54,080 bases of DNA, taken from an uncultured Bacilli bacterium. Its GTDB lineage: Bacteria > Bacillota_I > Bacilli_A > RF39 > UBA660. The notes under the pieces were generated by a model. That model was not told the origin of the DNA and searched no databases. It saw nothing but the letters and a program-made list of their open reading frames with translations. The DNA is taken from contig CANQSC010000001.1 in the NCBI GenBank assembly GCA_947626445.1, forward strand, positions 1 through 54,080, read 5' to 3'. Below, one piece after another: positions 18,357 through 29,500 of this stretch. A program made the translations under genes and the position numbers. The stretch's first letter is position 1; each line of letters begins with the position of its first letter.

Positions 18357-19113
18357 CACATACTCCTGTTACTTCATCAGCTTTAGCACACAACACGTTA
18401 TTAAAATCTATTTCATACTCTTTAAAGGTTTCAAATAAAGTTTCTAAAGCTAATTGTTCAGTATTATTTTCTTTTGATAAATGCATTAAAATAACTTTTT
18501 TTGTATTATCGCCAATTAATTTTGATAAGTAAAAACTACTATCTTTATTAGATAAATGACCAAGTGTTCCTACTATTCTTTGTTTAAGCCAAGTAGGATA
18601 ACTGCCATTAAGAAGCATTTCTACATCATGATTGCTTTCAAACAAATAATAATCACAATTAGTTAAAGCTTTAAAATATTTATGATTTAAATAACCTGTA
18701 TCAGTTAAAGAAACAACTTTTTCTTCACCAATTGTAATAATAAAATTTCTAGAATCAGTCACATCATGAGAAGTATGAATCGAAGATACTTTAATATCAC
18801 CTATGAAAAACTCTTCATCATAAATTACAACATTATCATAATCTTTTAAAAAATCTAAATCATAATATTGTTTTTCAGTTAAATACACCATTGGATGAAA
18901 TTGATTTAAGAAAACTTTTAAAGCACTTGTGTGGTCTTTATGAGTATGACTAATAATTATTGCTTCAATATCACTAGCATTTTCATTTATCTCATTTAAA
19001 TGTTCTTTAATGTATTTAGCATTTCTTCCTAAATCAATTAAGATTTTATGATTACCACTAGAAATAAAAGTTGAATTGCCATCACTACCACTTGCTAATA
19101 CTACTACTTTCAT
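18331..19113 (-). CDS. MBL-fold metallo-hydrolase (YycJ/WalJ-like)
   Basis: HTHKDH (HxHxDH) motif. ATG 19113 overlaps the TGA stop of the M23 gene (ATGA). Position next to rlmH mirrors Bacillus yycJ-rlmH. Confidence 0.8.
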   Translation of the reverse strand: MKVVVLASGSDGNSTFISSGNHKILIDLGRNAKYIKEHLNEINENASDIEAIIISHTHKDHTSALKVFLNQFHPMVYLTEKQYYDLDFLKDYDNVVIYDEEFFIGDIKVSSIHTSHDVTDSRNFIITIGEEKVVSLTDTGYLNHKYFKALTNCDYYLFESNHDVEMLLNGSYPTWLKQRIVGTLGHLSNKDSSFYLSKLIGDNTKKVILMHLSKENNTEQLALETLFETFKEYEIDFNNVLCAKADEVTGVCDDKSIVRG

Positions 19114-20621
19114 CGGTATAAACTCCATGGATTAAATGGTGTCCCACCATGCATTGGTTCACCTTTATAAGTACCAAAATGTAAGTGAGTTCCTGTTGAT
19201 GAACCAGAGTTTCCCATTGCCCCAATAACTTGACCACGGCTTACTTTACTTCCTACGCCAACATTAACACTAGATAAATGGGCATAAATGATATCATAAC
19301 CACTACCATGATTAATAATAATATAATTACCATATCCACTACCACAAGAACTACCTAAATAACCGTTTTTAGGACAACCAGTATTTACTTTAACAACCGT
19401 TCCTTCTCGAGCCGAATAAATTGGTGAGCCAAATCCAGTACCAGAAATATCTAAAGCATCATGATGTGAACCCCAACGGTTTTCATAATCAGTTGTAATA
19501 ATATAAGGTTGATTAGTAGGCCAAGCCCAGTCAAGACCAGTATCAATATATTGTCCAGATATATAGGTTTTACGACCAACTTTCGTAATTTCATCAACTT
19601 TTTCTCTTAAAGTAACATAACTAATCATCGTTGTTTCTTGACTACGTTCACCATTTATTACGCGCATTTCTTGAGTAGTTCTAGCTTTTCCTAAAACACC
19701 AGCTTGAGCAACAACACTTTCTCCATAATCTAAATTATCATCAACTTCCGTCTTCTTTTCATAAGCAATATCAACATCTTCAGTTACTCTTACTTCTTCA
19801 ACTAAATTCATAATCGGATCAATAATACTATTATTAATTTCTTCCCCAATATTTAAAACCGTATTTTCTCCTCTTAAAGAAGGATTAGCAATTAATAATT
19901 CTCTAACATTTAATTTACTAGCTTCAGCAATACTTTCAAGTGTATCTCCTACTTGAACTTTATAACCATTTTTTTTATCAGTTGTTCCATATAATAAATA
20001 TTGACTTAATTCAGCTTTATCAGTATATATTTTATCTTTAACAGATACATAAGCTTTTTTAATAGATACTGATTCTTCAAAATACATATGTTTAATAATT
20101 GACCCAACATCTTTAATTTCTTCTTGAGTATTATTTATATAATTTCTATAATCATCTTCATCAACAAAAGTCTTAACCACATTTTCTAAAGCATCTTTAA
20201 ATACTTGTTCATCTAAAACTTGAATTTTAGTTTTAACTTCCGGTGTATTTTCATCAGTACTTGATTTCGTAATAGTTACAATATATCCCTCAATAGTAAA
20301 ATCACTAGCATCTTGAATTTTTTTATAGATTTCATTTGCACTACTAATGTTCTCATCATAAGAAATATATTCTTCTATTTCAAAACCAGTAGGTGGATAA
20401 ACATTTAATACTTTATATTTATCTTTAATATCTTGTTGTTCTTCATTAATTAAAGATAATAATTCTTCTTTATTATCAACTAAACCAATTTTTTTACCAT
20501 CTAAATATACTTGATAAACATTTTTCGGATAAATTGCTTTTTGATGACTCATCGAACCTACACAAACAAATAAAGTTAAAACCCCCAAAATCCCAATAAC
20601 AAGTTTTTCTTTTAACTTCAT
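19110..20621 (-). CDS. Membrane-anchored LysM / G5-like / M23 family metallopeptidase
   Basis: N-terminal hydrophobic anchor, LysM (YKVQVGDTLESIA..), M23 motifs HDALDI and GNSGSSTGTHLHF. Confidence 0.85.
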   Translation of the reverse strand: MKLKEKLVIGILGVLTLFVCVGSMSHQKAIYPKNVYQVYLDGKKIGLVDNKEELLSLINEEQQDIKDKYKVLNVYPPTGFEIEEYISYDENISSANEIYKKIQDASDFTIEGYIVTITKSSTDENTPEVKTKIQVLDEQVFKDALENVVKTFVDEDDYRNYINNTQEEIKDVGSIIKHMYFEESVSIKKAYVSVKDKIYTDKAELSQYLLYGTTDKKNGYKVQVGDTLESIAEASKLNVRELLIANPSLRGENTVLNIGEEINNSIIDPIMNLVEEVRVTEDVDIAYEKKTEVDDNLDYGESVVAQAGVLGKARTTQEMRVINGERSQETTMISYVTLREKVDEITKVGRKTYISGQYIDTGLDWAWPTNQPYIITTDYENRWGSHHDALDISGTGFGSPIYSAREGTVVKVNTGCPKNGYLGSSCGSGYGNYIIINHGSGYDIIYAHLSSVNVGVGSKVSRGQVIGAMGNSGSSTGTHLHFGTYKGEPMHGGTPFNPWSLYR

Positions 20622-20633
20622 AATATAACCTTT

Positions 20634-21980
20634 CTAAAAAGTTTCATCAACTTTTGTATAATTTTTAAAACAACTTTTATCTAATTCAAACAAAAGCTGA
20701 AATAATCCTGTACTACCTCGACGATGCTTAGCAATGATTAAATCAGTAGGTACAATATTTTGTTTATTATCAGCCGTTTTATTTTCAAAATAATCTTGAC
20801 GATTTATAAACAATACTAAATCAGCATCTTGTTCAATAGAACCAGATTCTCTTAAATCTGCAAGTCGTGGTTGATTACTTTCTCTTCTTTCTGCATTACG
20901 TGATAGTTGAGCTAAAGCAATAACCGGTACTTTAAGTTCCATAGCCATGGTTTTAAAAGCTCTTGATATTTCACTTACTTCAACTTGTCTTGATTCAACC
21001 CGACCACCAGTCGTAACAAGTTGTAAGTAGTCAATAATTACTAAACCTAAACCTTCAGGTTTACTAGCAAGTCTACGACATTTAGCTTTAATTTCTGGAG
21101 CTGTAATGGAAGCATTATCTTCAATATAAATATTAGTTTCGGATAATTCACTCATTGCTTCATTATAACGTTTCCAATCATTATTATTTAACATACCCGT
21201 TTTTAATTTGTCGCCTTCAATTTGCCCAACGGAACTAATCATTCGATTAACTAATTGTTCAGCACTCATTTCCAAATTAAATATGGCAATGGCTTTTTTA
21301 GTTGTTGTAGCAGCATTACAAGCAAGATTAAGAGCAAAAGCGGTTTTACCCATACCAGGACGAGCCGCAATAATGATTAATTCGCCTTCATGAAGTCCAG
21401 CAGTAGCTTTATCTAAATCAATAAAACCCGTAGATAAACCTGTAACCGCATTTTTATTCTGAGCCATTAATTCTAAATTTTCTTGAGCAATTCTTAATGC
21501 TTCACTAATAGGTTTAAACTCCGATACTTCTCTAGTTCTAATAACATCTAAAAACTTTCTTTCACTATTATCTAATAATTTATTTAAATTATCTTCTTCA
21601 TTATAAGTATTAGTTATTATATCAGTAGCCGTATTAATTAAATTTCTTCTTAAAGCTTTTTCTTTAACAATATCCATATAATAATCTAAATTAGCACTAG
21701 TAACAACGGAATCAATAACTTCTGTTAAATAATCAACACCACCAACACTAGTTAGATTCTTTTGTTTATCAAGTTCATTTTTAACAGTTGTTATATCAAT
21801 TGGTGTATTACTTTTATAAAGTGATACTAAGGCATTAAATATCTTTTTATTAGCATCACTAAAAAACATATCTTCATTAATATTCTCAATAATTCTTTCC
21901 ATTGAAATGTCATTTAAAAAGGCTACACCTAATACAGACATTTCCGCTTCTAAATTATGAGGCATAACACGATTAGCCAA
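20634..21980 (-). CDS. dnaB: Replicative DNA helicase DnaB
   Basis: DnaB N-terminal PHNLEAE..VLG, Walker A ARPGMGKTAF, RecA-like C-terminal domain. TTG start with AGGTGA SD. Confidence 0.9.
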   Translation of the reverse strand: MANRVMPHNLEAEMSVLGVAFLNDISMERIIENINEDMFFSDANKKIFNALVSLYKSNTPIDITTVKNELDKQKNLTSVGGVDYLTEVIDSVVTSANLDYYMDIVKEKALRRNLINTATDIITNTYNEEDNLNKLLDNSERKFLDVIRTREVSEFKPISEALRIAQENLELMAQNKNAVTGLSTGFIDLDKATAGLHEGELIIIAARPGMGKTAFALNLACNAATTTKKAIAIFNLEMSAEQLVNRMISSVGQIEGDKLKTGMLNNNDWKRYNEAMSELSETNIYIEDNASITAPEIKAKCRRLASKPEGLGLVIIDYLQLVTTGGRVESRQVEVSEISRAFKTMAMELKVPVIALAQLSRNAERRESNQPRLADLRESGSIEQDADLVLFINRQDYFENKTADNKQNIVPTDLIIAKHRRGSTGLFQLLFELDKSCFKNYTKVDETF

Positions 21981-21988
21981 AATATCAC

Positions 21989-22429
21989 CTACTTTCTTAA
22001 GATAACTTTAATTTTAAAAGATACTTTCTTATGCAAAGAAATTAATACTTCATGAGTCCCTAAACTAGATATTGAACCATCAATTTTAATACATTTTTTA
22101 TCAATATTATAACCCATCTTCTTTAATTCTTCACTAATTTGTTTACTAGATATAACCCCAAATACTTTATCTTCTTTACCAGTCTTAACAACAAAACTAA
22201 TTTCTTTATTTTCTAATTTATTCTTAATTTCATTTAAACTTTTAACTAAAGTTTCTTCTTCTAACTCTCTTTTTTCAATAGCTATATCTAATACTTCTTT
22301 ACTTCTTTTAGTAACCGGTACAGCAAGATTATTCTTAATTAAATAATTTCTAGCATAACCATCACTAACATCAATAATATCATCTTTTTTACCCTGCTTT
22401 TTAACATCTTTTAAAAGAATAACTTTCAT
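21989..22429 (-). CDS. rplI: 50S ribosomal protein L9
   Basis: MKVILLKDVKKQGKKDDIIDVSDGYARNYL signature. ORF track 21989..22474 trimmed to ATG 22429 (AGGTGA SD). Confidence 0.9.
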   Translation of the reverse strand: MKVILLKDVKKQGKKDDIIDVSDGYARNYLIKNNLAVPVTKRSKEVLDIAIEKRELEEETLVKSLNEIKNKLENKEISFVVKTGKEDKVFGVISSKQISEELKKMGYNIDKKCIKIDGSISSLGTHEVLISLHKKVSFKIKVILRK

Positions 22430-22515
22430 CAAATCACCTTCAATTTCAGTATATTTATTATAGCAAAATAACAAGCAAAAAAAAAGAGATTATCAGTTAA
22501 TCTCATTAATAGATA

Positions 22516-23889
22516 TTACACTACTAAAGTAAACGGTGTATTTTTATCTCCTGTCCCACCAGTAATTTTTGCATTTTTCTTTAAATATACGACCGGTATA
22601 ATCCAACGTGCAATATGACAATGACCAATGCCAACATATCCAGTGCTACTTACATGAAACACTCGATTTGAAGAAGTAGAACTTGACATTGGCGTTAAAA
22701 AATAAGAACTTGAACCACCGGGCTTTAGCCAATCATTTGTTCCACAATCTTCACTATTATATGAATTCATACTCATTCCTAAGCATGTATCTCTTACTTC
22801 TCCTCCTACAGCATATCCATAATCAGAAGGATACATTAAGCCTATATATCCATCCCATGTTGTTGTTCTTGGTACTTCATCATTACATTCACCTGAACTT
22901 GCATTTTTGCATTGTTCTTTGCCATTATGATTACTTCGTTCTCCTTCATACATATATTTTGCTGTTATTTTATTAGCATCATATATTTCTTCTTTAGTTC
23001 CAGTATTCCATCTTATTTTTGCTATCTTTTTCTTGGCTTCTTCACTTAGTCCACTACTTGTAAAGTCACATGTTTTATTTGCTTGTTTTTCATCACTATA
23101 ACAATTTCCACTTTCCCTTTTCCAATACAAACTCCCACCAATTTCTGAGGTTCCACTATATACTGTATCGGGATTTAAGAGTTTCATTGCATCTGCTTGA
23201 CTCCATTCATTTATTCCAAAACCACTATTTATTTCAGATAGACTAGTGTCCCAACTATATCCTCCTATAATACCTGTTCTTATTATTTTTACTAAACTTT
23301 CTTGTTGTACGCCATTATCTAAATTGGTTATGTTATTCATCACACCTATGATTCGCCACAAAATTGGTTTTCCATAACTATCTTTATCACCTATATCAAT
23401 ATAGTTATTGGGATTTGCTCCTACATATCTTATATTGGCTTCACTTGTATCATCAGTTTTTAAATTTGTTGTATCTGTCTTAGCTAATTCAGTAAAATAT
23501 TCAACTGCATTTATAGCCTTTTTAAAGTATAAATTACATTTTGTCTTTACTTTATTTAACTCTTTAATAAGAGGAGCCCATTCATCATTATTCCATTCAA
23601 TACTTGCTCCATTATCACATTCGCCATGGTCAAATACTAAATTTTCTTTATTATCTTTCTGAGGCATTTCTTCTAATAATTCATCATCTTTATAAAATGC
23701 AAAATAAATATCGCTATTACCAAAATAATCTACTTTTCCTTTCATCATTGGAAAACTTACTTCTTCACTAAAACTTGCAAAAGTTTTATATAGTATTAAT
23801 GATAGACTTATTAATACTATTACTCCTATACTTATTAATATTATTTTTCTTTTCTTCTTATTTTTATCTTCATATTTTTCTAGTTTCAT
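22516..23889 (-). CDS. Secreted Cys-rich protein with SipW-type-like signal peptide (KTFASFSEE)
   Basis: ORF track 22516..23928 trimmed to ATG 23889 (AGGAGG SD). K-rich N-terminus plus TM, then TFASFSEE resembling the TasA/camelysin-type signal motif. Function unknown. Confidence 0.65.
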   Translation of the reverse strand: MKLEKYEDKNKKKRKIILISIGVIVLISLSLILYKTFASFSEEVSFPMMKGKVDYFGNSDIYFAFYKDDELLEEMPQKDNKENLVFDHGECDNGASIEWNNDEWAPLIKELNKVKTKCNLYFKKAINAVEYFTELAKTDTTNLKTDDTSEANIRYVGANPNNYIDIGDKDSYGKPILWRIIGVMNNITNLDNGVQQESLVKIIRTGIIGGYSWDTSLSEINSGFGINEWSQADAMKLLNPDTVYSGTSEIGGSLYWKRESGNCYSDEKQANKTCDFTSSGLSEEAKKKIAKIRWNTGTKEEIYDANKITAKYMYEGERSNHNGKEQCKNASSGECNDEVPRTTTWDGYIGLMYPSDYGYAVGGEVRDTCLGMSMNSYNSEDCGTNDWLKPGGSSSYFLTPMSSSTSSNRVFHVSSTGYVGIGHCHIARWIIPVVYLKKNAKITGGTGDKNTPFTLVV

Positions 23890-23918
23890 ATTTATACATA
23901 GCCTCCTACTATATATAA

Positions 23919-23950
23919 ATATTAACACTATACCCCCCCCCCTATGTCAA
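23919..23950 (-). promoter_or_regulatory. Promoter TTGACA-(20 nt incl. G10)-TGtTAATAT upstream of 22516..23889
   Basis: Minus strand: TTGACA 23950..23945; spacer ta-G10-tatagtgt (20 nt); TAATAT 23924..23919 with a TG extended -10. Confidence 0.55.
23933..23942. repeat. Homopolymeric C10/G10 tract inside the promoter spacer
   Basis: Counted directly: 8 C at the end of the line starting at 23881 plus 2 C at the start of the line starting at 23941. No other comparably long G/C homopolymer was noticed in the window. Confidence 0.95.
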
Positions 23951-24087
23951 GGAGAAGCTGCTGAAAAAGTATACATAAAATGTAAAATAAAGGAAATAAA
24001 AAGTAAAGAAGTGGTAAAAATGATAAAAAGATGAATCAACAAATGGAAATAAGTTTAGTAAATATAATGAATTGTACGATAATGTTA

Positions 24088-24273
24088 CTACAGTTTTATT
24101 AGTTTAGATTTCTTATTATGATGTGTTGGTTTTCCATCATATCCTTCATAATGCCGTTTTACAGTCCTATAATCTAATCCATGTTCTTTAGCTAAGGCGG
24201 AGAAGTTTGGTTTAATTTCCATAGTTTTCATAATAGTGATATCCTTTCTTAATTCACAAATTATTTCTTTCAT
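24088..24273 (-). pseudogene. N-terminal HTH fragment of an IS21-family-like transposase
   Basis: MKEIICELRKD..IKPNFSALAKEHGLDYRTVKRHYEGYDGKP..KKSKL resembles an IstA N-terminus. ORF stops after about 61 aa; AAGGTGGTGA SD. Confidence 0.45.
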
Positions 24274-24440
24274 TTCGATCACCACCTTAACTAGACCAAG
24301 TTAGTCAAGTACATTATAATCGAAATTTTTATATATCAAGCATATAAAAATGCTAAAATATTTTTGTAGGTTTTTCGACATTTTTATTTAATTCATTTCC
24401 TACAATTTTATTTTAGCATTATCAAGAAGAATATACATAT

Positions 24441-24754
24441 AATAAAGATGCAGATATGTACATATGTAAGGCAAGACATATGGCAATAAGAAAAGTATGA
24501 CTGTAACAATAAAAAAAGAAATCAATAATAAACAAGCAGAATATATGCAAACAGAAGAGTTTAAGGATTTGTATAAGGAACGATATAAAATAGAGCAAAA
24601 AAATAATGAAATAAAAAATATAGGAGACATGAAAGTAGCAATTGGAAGTGGACAACTAGGTATGATAATACAAGGGCAGTACGTCTTTTTAGCAAATATG
24701 AAAAGAATAAGAACATTAAGAGAGAAAAAAAGCCATTATAAATTATGTTGTTAA
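24441..24754 (+). pseudogene. C-terminal remnant of an IS1182/IS5-like DDE transposase
   Basis: ..YKERYKIEQKNNEIKN..GQLGMIIQGQYVFLANMKRIRTL resembles the conserved transposase C-terminus (Y.R..IE...lK; a.NlkRi). Upstream frames are broken. Confidence 0.4.
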
Positions 24755-24868
24755 TCTTTTTTTTTAAAATGTTACATATATTGATGCAGATGGAGTCTGT
24801 AAATAAAATTTTTTTTACTTCAATAAATCATCATATATTTTTCACTTCATACTGTCTCCATAATTGCC

Positions 24869-24970
24869 TTTAACACTTTTTTGTAACAACTTTTGCTTTA
24901 AATTTACACCTTTTTATAACCACTTTTAGTATAAACTTACACCTTTTTAGAACGACTTTTATAAAATTAC
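24869..24970. repeat. About 3.5 tandem copies of a 33-bp unit (ACTTTTnnTnTAAAnTTACACCTTTTTAnAACn)
   Basis: Units 24889-24921 and 24922-24954 match at 27/33; partial copies on both sides. The last one overlaps the cysS stop codon. Confidence 0.7.
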
Positions 24971-26358
24971 TTTAAAATTTCGTATGTTGTTCCTTCTCTA
25001 GTATCCTTTAAAACGATTCCTTTTTCTAGTAATTCATCTCTTATTTTATCTGCTAAAGAATAATCTTTATTTTTCTTAGCTTCATTTCTTTCTAATATTT
25101 TTTCTAAGATTTCATTTTCTAAATCCTTATCTATTTCTTCTGTTTTAAATAAATCTAATGATAAAACTTGCTCCCAATTTTTAATTAATTTAATTTTAGT
25201 ACTGTCATTAACATCACTTTTTAATAAGTCATAGATTAATGTTATAGTATTTGGAATATTTAAATCATCTTCTAAATAATTTTTAAATTCTTTATCCCAT
25301 TTATTAAATTCTTCATCATTCACTTTGCTATCATCTTTTAAATTTTGAACTTTATTTTTTAATTTATTATAAGCAATAGTAGCATTTTCTAAATTATCAT
25401 AACTAAAAACTATTTGTTTGCGATAATGACTATTTAAACACATAAAACGATAGGCTAATGGTGAATAACCTTTTTCTTTTAATAAAGAAACTGTTAAAGT
25501 AGCACCTTTACTTTTACTCATTTTACCTGTTTCATCCATTAAGTGTTCATTATGAAACCAATACTTACACCATTCATGCCCTAAGTAAGCTTCACTTTGG
25601 GCTATTTCATTGGTGTGATGTGGGAATATATTATCTACACCTCCACCATGAATATCTAAATATTCGCCACAATAATGCATACTTATTCCTGAACATTCAA
25701 TATGCCAACCAGGATAACCTACGCCAAAAGGTGAATCCCATTTTAAATCTTGATCATCAAATTTAGACTTGGTAAACCATAAAGCAAAATCGCCTTGATT
25801 TCTTTTAAAATCATCAAAAGAAACCCCTTCTCTTACGCCCACAACCATATCATCTATTTTATGATTAGTTAATTTATAATAATCATCTAACTTAGATATA
25901 TCAAAATAAACATTACCACCACTTTCATAAGCATAGCCTTTTTCTAATAACTTTTCGATAATCTTAATATAATCATCAATATGCTCAGTAGCAGGGGCAA
26001 CTACATCAGGAACGCGATTATTTAAAAGTTTAAAATCATTAAAAAATTGTTCTGTATAATATTTAGCAATTTCCATAACCGTTTGATGATTTTCTTTGGC
26101 ACTTTTAACCATCTTATCTTCTCCCGAATCAGAATCACTAGTTAAATGTCCTACATCAGTGATGTTCATAACTCTTAAAACATCATAGCCTAAATATCTT
26201 AAAGTTTTATCTAAAATATCATGTCCTATATAATTACGCATGTTACCAATATGTTGGTCATGATAAACCGTTGGTCCGCAAGTATAGAACTTAACTTTTC
26301 CCTCTTCATAAGGAATAAATTCTTCAATTTTTCTACTTAAAGTATTATATAATTTCAT
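24967..26358 (-). CDS. cysS: Cysteine--tRNA ligase
   Basis: Class I HIGN (HIGH) and KMSKS motifs; ATG 26358 with GAGTGA SD. Confidence 0.9.
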   Translation of the reverse strand: MKLYNTLSRKIEEFIPYEEGKVKFYTCGPTVYHDQHIGNMRNYIGHDILDKTLRYLGYDVLRVMNITDVGHLTSDSDSGEDKMVKSAKENHQTVMEIAKYYTEQFFNDFKLLNNRVPDVVAPATEHIDDYIKIIEKLLEKGYAYESGGNVYFDISKLDDYYKLTNHKIDDMVVGVREGVSFDDFKRNQGDFALWFTKSKFDDQDLKWDSPFGVGYPGWHIECSGISMHYCGEYLDIHGGGVDNIFPHHTNEIAQSEAYLGHEWCKYWFHNEHLMDETGKMSKSKGATLTVSLLKEKGYSPLAYRFMCLNSHYRKQIVFSYDNLENATIAYNKLKNKVQNLKDDSKVNDEEFNKWDKEFKNYLEDDLNIPNTITLIYDLLKSDVNDSTKIKLIKNWEQVLSLDLFKTEEIDKDLENEILEKILERNEAKKNKDYSLADKIRDELLEKGIVLKDTREGTTYEILK

Positions 26359-26422
26359 CAATAATCACTCATTTCTAATATTATTTTAGCAAAACAAACA
26401 ACTAATGTCTATTAAACTTTAT

Positions 26423-26463
26423 GCTAAAAAAAACTGTTCTTAAAATATTTTTAAAAACAGTTT
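26423..26463 (-). terminator. Rho-independent terminator after the surface-protein gene
   Basis: Stem AAACTGTT/AACAGTTT (26456-26463/26431-26438 on minus) followed by a T8 run on the minus strand. Confidence 0.6.
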
Positions 26464-26554
26464 ATAAGTTTCTAAAGCTTTGACCAATAGAAAACTATTA
26501 ATTGTAATATTATCCGACGTCTTAAAATATTACGTTACTATAATACTAAATTTT

Positions 26555-29500
26555 TTAGAAAAAGTCTATCTTAGTTGGTAACATAAATATACTTAAAGGA
26601 TTATCTTCAACAATATTTACTTTTACACTTGGTAAATTTTTATGAATGTATATGTATTCTTCAGTACCATCTTCAAGTAATAATGTTACTCCATTAATAT
26701 AAATAGTTCTTTCAGGTACACTTGCATTTGTAAACTTGCTAGGTATTACATTAGTTATATATTTATCATCTGTTTCTATAACATCATATTTTGTTCCATC
26801 AATACTAACATTTTTAATTTTAGCATTAGTCCCTTGTTTATCACCAAGTAATTCAGCTTTAAATGATAACTTATAATTTTCATTAACTTTTAAATTACTT
26901 GTTTCAACACCAGCAGTAGTTAAGACTTTTAATTCACTTAAAGTAATATCAACTGGTTTAGAAATAAAGTAGAAAGTATGATGTCTGTCAGAATGAAGTT
27001 CATTGTTCTTTTCCCCATACAAGTCATTTAATAAATTACTATCTATATCATATTTAGCATTAATAACAAACATGTATAATTGCATATCATCTAAATCTCT
27101 AAAGACAACTTTATTTCTAACGCCTTTTTTAAATGGTACAGCTTTAGTTAATTCGCCTTCTTCACCATTAGTAATATTTTTTCCTAAAGGTTGTTTTGCA
27201 CTACTAACAGGTCTTAATTCAACATAACAATTATTATTTTCACAACTTTCCAATACATTATCATTATCAGCAATTTCAAAATCAATTTCGACTGATTTAT
27301 CATCATGATATTTATCAGTATAAACAACATTTTTAAAATCTATTTCATCTTTTACAACATCAACATATTGAATAGAGCTATTTTGTAAAGATTCGCTTAT
27401 ATCATACTTAACATCATTATAGTAAACAGCATTTATTTTATAAGCTATAACACCAGGGTTATCTGAAGCTTTCTTATAAATCTTTCCACTAACTATACCA
27501 CTTATTGTTTCAGCACTACCACTTGGTAAATTTTTTAAGTCAGTCACGTTATTATAAGTAGTTATATCAGCTTTATTAAATGAAGCCTCGGTATTAGCCT
27601 TAACTGTATATGTTAATGTAACACTTGCCCCTTTAGTAGGATAATGAGCACTAGGAGAAAAATCTCCTGATGAAACAGTACTAGTAACATTTTTAATTAC
27701 AATTGGAACATTTGTCGTTTTTTCTTCTTTAGTAATATTTACTTCTTTATGTTCTAATCCATCTACTAAATCAAAATCAGCAAATAATTCTATTTTATAA
27801 TCCCCAGCATTGTAGATATCATCAGCTTTATTAAATAATACGGTTCCATTTAATTCTTTAACTTCTTTAGTTTCTAATACAACATATTCTTCACTATATA
27901 ATTCTTTTACCATTAAATTAGCAACTATATTTTCAGCTTTACCAGTAATACTATAGTTAGCAGAAATTGTATTATTTGAAGTATTTGTAATTTCATTCAT
28001 CGTTGCTATTGGAGCTTTTAAATATGTATCAAAAGAAATTTCTTCAGTTAATGATAATTCTTTGGTATTATCTAAAGTTGCTTTAGTAATTGTAAATGTT
28101 TTAGGAGATGCTTCATCACTATGATCATAAGGCACAACTACAGAATTACCATTTACATTATAATCAACATCATTAACAGTTACTTTACTAATTTTATGAC
28201 TACTTGCATTAGTACTTGTAAAATTAATCGTTACTGACACTTTATTTTGAACTGTAAAACTATCAAGTTTAAATTCTAGTTGATAATCAGTTATAACATT
28301 AATAGTTTCTTCCAATAATTTATTTAATAGGAATTCTTTTCCATCTCCTAAATCATATGTTCCCCTTAAAGAAACAACATATTCACCATTAGTATAACTA
28401 CTATCTAAGGTAATTTCATTATCATCATTTAAATCAACTTCTTTAATCTCACCATCTTTAGAAATTGTTATTTTGGCATCTTTTAATGAAACCTCATCAG
28501 GATTATTAAATTTGAAAGTAATTTTATTATTTAAATCATCAAACTTAAAATCACTAACACTAGGTACATCTTTTAAAACATATACTTTTACACTATTATC
28601 ATTTACATCAAGATAATTTGTTTCATCTTGATATTTAACACTTGTAATTTGATAAGTTTTTTCACCATACTCATTTGATACTTTAACACTTACTGTTAAA
28701 TTATCATTTTCCATTGTAGTAGGATATTCACCTTCAATATCTTTAAACTTAACACTTACAATTTGTTTATCAGTATTATCCACTACACTATATTTTAAAG
28801 ATACTGAACTATCTTTTTCAGCATAAATAGTTTCATCATCAAGTGAATTAATTGTTACATAAATTGGTACAGTAGTTTCATAACTATTAGATATAATATA
28901 ATCTTCATAATCTATATGGTCTTTAGCGTCAAATGTTGCTGTTATAACAATTGTATATTTTTGATTTTTAAAATCATTTGTATTAGTAAATGTTACTTCA
29001 CCACCTGATACATCCATATCTTTTATTTCATATAAACTATTATCTTCGCCAATCATTCTAGCATGATATGTAACATCTAAATCTTTACTATCAGTTGTAT
29101 AAGATACTTTAATATTTTTACTATCTAAAATTTCGGCATTAATAATTGAAGCAGTTGGCAAGTCTTCAAATACGGTTGTTTTAGCATCAACAACTTCTTC
29201 ACGATGCCCATCATCTAATATAACCTCAGTTATATTTAATAGTACTTCACGGTTATCAGCTTCTCTTACATCACTAACTGGAATATTTAAGCGATAATTT
29301 CCATTACCATCATATTCTACTTCATATGTTTTGCCATTTAAAACAACTTTATTAATAACATATTTATCGTTAGATGCATTAGTACTTTCAAAGGTTAACA
29401 TAATTGTATCAATTGTAACCTCATATACATGTAAGTTAGTTAAAGTTAAATTATAATTATTTTTAATTTCAAATGTTTCTTCTTTTGAAATAGTATCATT

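Noticed and set aside
19110-19113. Possibility of genetic code 4 (TGA = Trp), given the Mollicutes-like AT-richness
   Set aside because: TGA is used as a functional stop, for example the M23 gene stop inside an ATGA overlap. Trp is encoded by TGG in conserved motifs, and long ORFs are intact under code 11.
24400-24655. Two overlapping minus-strand ORFs (76 and 77 aa) in the IS remnant region
   Set aside because: They are extremely hydrophobic, low-complexity translations antisense to the transposase remnant. They have no SD and overlap each other in different frames.
26359-26554. T-box or other leader upstream of cysS
   Set aside because: Only a terminator for the upstream gene is visible. 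There is no specifier-loop or T-box (..GGTGGTACCGCG-like) sequence, and the region is too short.
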